In this document: piece after piece, positions 59,553 through 64,000 of the stretch | How the letters are laid out: each line of letters opens with the position of its first letter | How positions within the stretch are numbered: position 1 is the stretch's first letter | NCBI GenBank assembly: GCA_021737695.1 | Contig: JAIPDL010000006.1 | Coordinates: 1,126 to 65,125, forward strand | From: Desulfotignum sp. | GTDB lineage: Bacteria; Desulfobacterota; Desulfobacteria; Desulfobacterales; Desulfobacteraceae | DNA length: 64,000 nt | Reading direction: 5' to 3' | Notes under the pieces: generated by a model | Seen by the model: the letters and a program-made list of their open reading frames with translations, nothing else | Database searches by the model: none | What the model was told of the DNA's origin: nothing | Position numbers and translations under genes: made by a program

Positions 59553-60115
59553 AACATCCTTGTGTTTATCTGGTAGTGATGGTCAGTTTAATGATGAGCC
59601 TGCCGGTGCTGGCTGAAAATGTCAAGGCGCCTGACCTGTCATTCAGCCTGCCGGTCCCGGACAGTGCTGATCATTGCGCATATCTGGGATTGAATGACAG
59701 CCGGACTTTCACACTGGATCAGATCAAGGCCGATGTCGTGATTCTTCAGATTTTTTCCATGTATTGCCCCATCTGCCAGCGGGAAGCATCCAAAGTCAAC
59801 GGGATGTATGAACAGGTAGCAGCCGATCCAAAGATGGGCCGACGAATCCGTTTTATCGGCATCGGGGCCGGGAATTCCGCATTTGAAGTGGATTTTTACA
59901 AAAAGACGTACCAGGTCCCGTTTCCGCTTTTTGCCGATGAAGACTTTGTTATTCATAAACAGCTCAAGGAGGTGGGCACCCCGCATTTTATCGGATTGGC
60001 CATCACCCCGGGCACCCCGAAAGGGTATACCGTATTTTATGCCCGATCCGGAGAAGTGGGGGACCCGGAAGCGTTCATTAACCGGTTGATCGAGTCGTCC
60101 GGACTTGATTTTTAA
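59549..60115 (+). CDS. Exported TlpA/redoxin-like thiol-disulfide oxidoreductase
   Basis: Signal peptide, FSMYCPICQ (CxxC), FPLFAD, cis-Pro TPHF. ATG overlaps the fdhE stop. Confidence 0.85.
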   Translation: MKHPCVYLVVMVSLMMSLPVLAENVKAPDLSFSLPVPDSADHCAYLGLNDSRTFTLDQIKADVVILQIFSMYCPICQREASKVNGMYEQVAADPKMGRRIRFIGIGAGNSAFEVDFYKKTYQVPFPLFADEDFVIHKQLKEVGTPHFIGLAITPGTPKGYTVFYARSGEVGDPEAFINRLIESSGLDF

Positions 60116-60170
60116 AATACCCTGTCATCTGAATCATACCCAGGACTGTCTTTTTTCAGGGAGGTATCCC

Positions 60171-60508
60171 ATGGCGGCTGTAAAAATGCTCTCAACCCTA
60201 AGCCTGTTGATTCTGTTTGGTGTCAACCCCTTGTGGGCATCAGTGTAGACAATATTCCCACGCTGTATGCCTGGACCCGGCAGATGGGGGATCTGTGGTT
60301 TGAGGTGGTTTCCGATTTCTGGCCCCATGGTAAAATCAGTGACGCATATGGGGTTCTGCGCAGTGACGGCACGGCAGACCGGGCCATCATCATCATTGAC
60401 AAGGCCGGTGTGGTCCAATTCACCCATGTGGAAGACATCGATGTCAGGCCGGAACTCGGAATGATCATCCAGGCGCTGGAACAGATTCATTCCCGCCGGA
60501 GTCCTTGA
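60171..60508 (+). pseudogene. AhpC/TSA peroxiredoxin-like pseudogene (signal peptide joined out of frame to the C-terminal half)
   Basis: GGAGGT + ATG 60171 gives MAAVKMLSTLSLLILFGVNPLWASV*; another frame gives LVGISVD..AW..SDFWPHG..YGVL..ADRAIIIIDKAGVV. The Cys-motif region is missing. Confidence 0.7.
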
Positions 60509-63500
60509 TTTTTTTCTGCTTGCGGATGCTGTCAAAGAGTTCAACCGTTCGAGAATCAGGCTTGGCATCCATCTCCTTTTCAAGCATGGCGGTGAATGAC
60601 ACATACAGATTCAGGGCTTTCTTGATCCTGCCGCTGTCGGTATAAAGGATCATCAAATTCCGGCACGCACGTTCCATGCAGGGATCAATGGTTAAAACAG
60701 CCTGCCAGGTATCAATCGCCAGATCGGTCTGGTCCAGATTTTCATGGATTAAGGCTTTGGCGGACATCATTTCCAGGTATCTGGATCGATACAGGATCCT
60801 TTGCCGTTCCACCCAGTCCAGATACGGCTCTTCCGCGAAAAAATCACCCTGGTAGAGGTCAATGGCCTTTTCGTAGATTTCCAATGCCTGTTCAAGCCGG
60901 TCTTTGCCGGCCAGCCGGTCCGCTGCTTTTCCCATGCCCATGAATTCTCTGGCATCGATGGATACGATTTCCATATCAAAGGATATCCGGGATGCTTTCT
61001 GAAAAACATAACTGCATCCAAAGCGTTTCTCGATATCTTTTTCCAGTACTTTTCTTAAGCGGTGCAGGGTGATCTTGAAATTTTTCTCTCCGGATTCAGA
61101 CGATGCCTCCGGCCATAGATCATGGATCAGAATCTCTTTGGGCACATCTGTGCCACCATGACGGACCAGCGCTTTGAGCAGCATCAGCGGTTTGGTGCCT
61201 TCAAACTCTCTGGCATCGATCAGCCGGGTGCCGATCCGAATGACAAAACGGCCGAATGTCCGGATATGCAGCCGGGGCAATACCCGTTTGTAAACCGGGG
61301 CCAGCCGGGCCGCCAGATCTGTTTGTTCCTTTTTCCCGGCCGCCTGGATTCTTTCTGCCAAAGCCTGGTCAAGACCTGCCGTGTCAAGGGCATTCACCAT
61401 GGATTTGACGTGGTCGATTTCCGGGAAACACCGGGGAAAATGATCTGTTTCCATCAAGGCCATGAGTGCCGTGATCAGCATTGGTCCTTTGATGAGCGGC
61501 AGACTCCGGTATCCTTCTTTTTCGGATTTTAACAATCCTTTTTCAAAAAAAGAAAGGGCCTCTTTTTTCCGGGAAAGCCCCCAGAAACAGATGCCCGCGG
61601 CAATCAATGTTTCACATAAGCTCAGCCCGGACCCTGTTTTTTCAAAATAATCCGCTGCCGGAAGCAGATGATCCAAAGCCTGATCATATTGCTCCCCGGA
61701 CAAAAGGATGATCCCTGCCAGCTGGCGGGTCAGAAAGTAATGGATATCCCCTTTTTTTGCCGGGTCGAACGCTTGCAGCGATGCGTTGACATGACCCAGA
61801 GCATTGGGAAAATCGTTGATCAGAAAACAGGTCAGCGCTTGAATCCGGCAGGAGATCCCCTGATAAAAGGTGTTCCCCTCAAGAATGGAAAAATCGTTCA
61901 AATGGTCCGCCATGTGGGCGGCATCTGCAAACCGGCCGGAACAGGCAAACAACAGGGCTTTTTCTTGCACCAGAACCGGATACAGAAAAATCAGTCCGAA
62001 GGTGTCAATCTCTTCCTCACACCGGTCCAGCAAAGATTCCGCCTGGTCAAACTGCTGGTTTTTCAAAAACAAATCAATGTCTACAATGTGTTTCAATACC
62101 CGGTATTCCGGGCTCTGTCGTTTCCGGTCCATCTGAAGGATCCGGGCAAGCAGTTTTCGGGCATTATCGAAATCACCGGCCCGGACATATCCTAGGGCCA
62201 GGGTGATGGAAATGTTGAACATCAGGCCGGGTTCATTGATCTGACGGGCCAGAAGCCGGGCGGTTTTACAGGCAGAAATGCCTTTAGTGAAATTGCCGGA
62301 CCCGGCAATATATCCCAATCCGATTTTTTGCAGCAGCAACCCCCTGGCCCATGGAAACTGTTTTGTTTTTCCGGTACCGGTTAAAAGGGACTCTCCTTTA
62401 TGGATCCAGTTTTCAATGGCAGCAGAGGATTTTCTGACAAATACGGCCGCCTCGATTAAAAATCCGGATGACAACAGCATGCCCCGGAGATCATCGATTT
62501 GCCTGAACAGAGAAAATGCGGTTTCAAATCGGTCAATGTTTTTTCGTCCCCCTTTGATCCGGTGGGGGATGATGGAGAAAAACGTCAGCCAGGGGTCTGT
62601 TGCCACTTGTTTTCCAGGCAGCCGGCTGATCCATTTTTCTAGACTGGACAGGTTTTCCCGAATCAGGTAGTCCGGTCCTTTGATGCGAATGATTTGGGCC
62701 ATCTGGTCGGTGTCTCCGGCCAGGTCAAAGCATTTGAGGGCTGCTTCATGACGTCGGTTCTCCCACAATGCCCGGGCAACCTTGCGGTAAATTTTTTGAA
62801 TCTGTTCATGGGAATAGGTCCGGGCCATCTGCTGGGACAAAAAATTTCTGAACAGGCGATGGTACCGGAATTCATATTTTCCTTGGCTGTCATGGATCCG
62901 CTGGATAAACAGGTTCCGTCTTTCAAGCCGGTTCAGTATTGACAGAGCGGTCTGAGGGTCAAACAGAATTTGTGTGGTGGCTGTGTCTATGGTCTCCGGC
63001 ACAGCAGTGATCATCAGGAACTGTTTGATGTCATCAGGCAGGCGGTTGTAAATTTCCTGGGAAAAATAGGTAAATGTTTCTTCAGACAAATGCCGGGGAA
63101 TGTCGTCTAAAAAAAGGTTGGTCTGATTGAGAGATTCTTTGACCAGGGTCAATCCGCCGATCCAGCCATTGGTCATTTCATGAAGGCGGGTGATCTGGGA
63201 AAGGTCAAGCTCCGGTCGGCTGGAAAACAGCTGCCTGGTTTCATCCAGGGTAAACGACAAGTCCTGATTTTCAATAATACAGATCTGCCGGGACATTTTC
63301 AGCGCTGCGATGTTGCATTCCGGAATGGTCCGTGACAGGACAAACCGTTTCAGACAATCATTGGGGATCGTCAGTAAGCGGAAAACCAGATCAACCCCTG
63401 GACTAGTGTCATTGAGCTGTTCCAGATCATCCAGCACCAGTGCCGCCGGAGTGGTTAACCGGTCAAAAAGATCCGTCAACGCCCTGACATGCTGTAAAAG

Positions 63501-63815
63501 CCGCCGGCCTGCCCCCAAAATCGTACTGCCGGTATGCAGCGGTTCCTGATGATCGGTTGTTTCGTCTATTTTGTTGAATGATTCAACAATCCGGTCAAAC
63601 AGTTTTTCACCGTCATTGTCATCTTCGGTCAGATGAATCCAGATGACCGGAATACTTTTTTCAGCCAGATAAGAGGCGACAAGGGTGGTCTTTCCCTGGG
63701 CCGCCTGGCCCGTGATCAAAAAATCAGGTTTATGAAACTGGCTGTCCAGAAGTTCGAACAAACGGCTGCGTCTGAGTACATCACTGAAGTATGGCAGATT
63801 GGCAGATGGGGTCAT
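60465..63815 (-). CDS. MalT-like STAND ATPase/TPR transcriptional regulator with C-terminal wHTH-BTAD domain
   Basis: RRSRL, GQAAQGKTT, LVLDD, TNGWIGGL, FRYHRLF; C-terminal TFGRF, LWPE, LHRLRK, LYQGDF, LMILY. Confidence 0.88.
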   Translation of the reverse strand: MTPSANLPYFSDVLRRSRLFELLDSQFHKPDFLITGQAAQGKTTLVASYLAEKSIPVIWIHLTEDDNDGEKLFDRIVESFNKIDETTDHQEPLHTGSTILGAGRRLLQHVRALTDLFDRLTTPAALVLDDLEQLNDTSPGVDLVFRLLTIPNDCLKRFVLSRTIPECNIAALKMSRQICIIENQDLSFTLDETRQLFSSRPELDLSQITRLHEMTNGWIGGLTLVKESLNQTNLFLDDIPRHLSEETFTYFSQEIYNRLPDDIKQFLMITAVPETIDTATTQILFDPQTALSILNRLERRNLFIQRIHDSQGKYEFRYHRLFRNFLSQQMARTYSHEQIQKIYRKVARALWENRRHEAALKCFDLAGDTDQMAQIIRIKGPDYLIRENLSSLEKWISRLPGKQVATDPWLTFFSIIPHRIKGGRKNIDRFETAFSLFRQIDDLRGMLLSSGFLIEAAVFVRKSSAAIENWIHKGESLLTGTGKTKQFPWARGLLLQKIGLGYIAGSGNFTKGISACKTARLLARQINEPGLMFNISITLALGYVRAGDFDNARKLLARILQMDRKRQSPEYRVLKHIVDIDLFLKNQQFDQAESLLDRCEEEIDTFGLIFLYPVLVQEKALLFACSGRFADAAHMADHLNDFSILEGNTFYQGISCRIQALTCFLINDFPNALGHVNASLQAFDPAKKGDIHYFLTRQLAGIILLSGEQYDQALDHLLPAADYFEKTGSGLSLCETLIAAGICFWGLSRKKEALSFFEKGLLKSEKEGYRSLPLIKGPMLITALMALMETDHFPRCFPEIDHVKSMVNALDTAGLDQALAERIQAAGKKEQTDLAARLAPVYKRVLPRLHIRTFGRFVIRIGTRLIDAREFEGTKPLMLLKALVRHGGTDVPKEILIHDLWPEASSESGEKNFKITLHRLRKVLEKDIEKRFGCSYVFQKASRISFDMEIVSIDAREFMGMGKAADRLAGKDRLEQALEIYEKAIDLYQGDFFAEEPYLDWVERQRILYRSRYLEMMSAKALIHENLDQTDLAIDTWQAVLTIDPCMERACRNLMILYTDSGRIKKALNLYVSFTAMLEKEMDAKPDSRTVELFDSIRKQKKIKDSGGNESVPAPG

Positions 63816-63825
63816 GAGACGGTTA

Positions 63826-63999
63826 TCATTCTTCTACCCGGGTTTCCCGGATATCTGCCAGTTTGTCCAGGCCCATCATTTTAAACAGCCGTGAATAGTT
63901 GCACGATACATGGGTCAGCAGGACCCGGATATTTTGCCCGCGCATCTGTTGAATCGTGCGGGTCAACGCGGCAAGACCGGACCGGTTGATGGAAAAACT
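63826..63999 (-). CDS. STAS domain (anti-sigma antagonist-like) protein, C-terminal part only
   Basis: Manual translation SFSINRSGLAALTRTIQQMRGQNIRVLLTHVSCNYSRLFKMMGLDKLADIRETRVEE*; not in the ORF track. Confidence 0.7.
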   Translation of the reverse strand, partial: SFSINRSGLAALTRTIQQMRGQNIRVLLTHVSCNYSRLFKMMGLDKLADIRETRVEE

Positions 64000-64000
64000 G

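Noticed and set aside
1-64000. CRISPR arrays, rRNA, retron/reverse transcriptase, integron cassettes
   Set aside because: No regularly spaced repeats, RT motifs or attC-like arrays seen by eye; subtle repeats could have been missed without computation

Overview
A 64 kb bacterial chromosomal segment. The gene content (Sec-containing periplasmic FdhAB/FdhE, valS-nadC, lepA, TAXI-TRAP) suggests a sulfate-reducing Desulfobacterales-type host (inference). It has two accessory defence regions. (1) 1-21.7 kb lies downstream of tRNA-Phe(GAA). It holds a minus-strand operon: SNF2 helicase, giant N6-adenine methyltransferase, [HTH, RloA/RloB], ~2140 aa YprA/DUF1998 helicase-nuclease, RelE-UvrD (DISARM-related, ARMADA-like). 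It also has an intact IS with a 6 bp TSD, a candidate antisense sRNA and a SRAP gene. (2) ~40.7-54.4 kb holds decayed genes, a complete Wadjet jetABCD operon and, directly downstream of it, an AT-rich three-gene operon I cannot match to a named system: an NDT/DUF4406-ATP-grasp-phosphohistidine (PEP-synthase-like) fusion, a large AAA+ ATPase, and a cytidylate kinase-ParB/Srx fusion. This operon is the best candidate for an undescribed system. The rest is housekeeping and metabolic. All calls come from motif reading only; no database searches were run.
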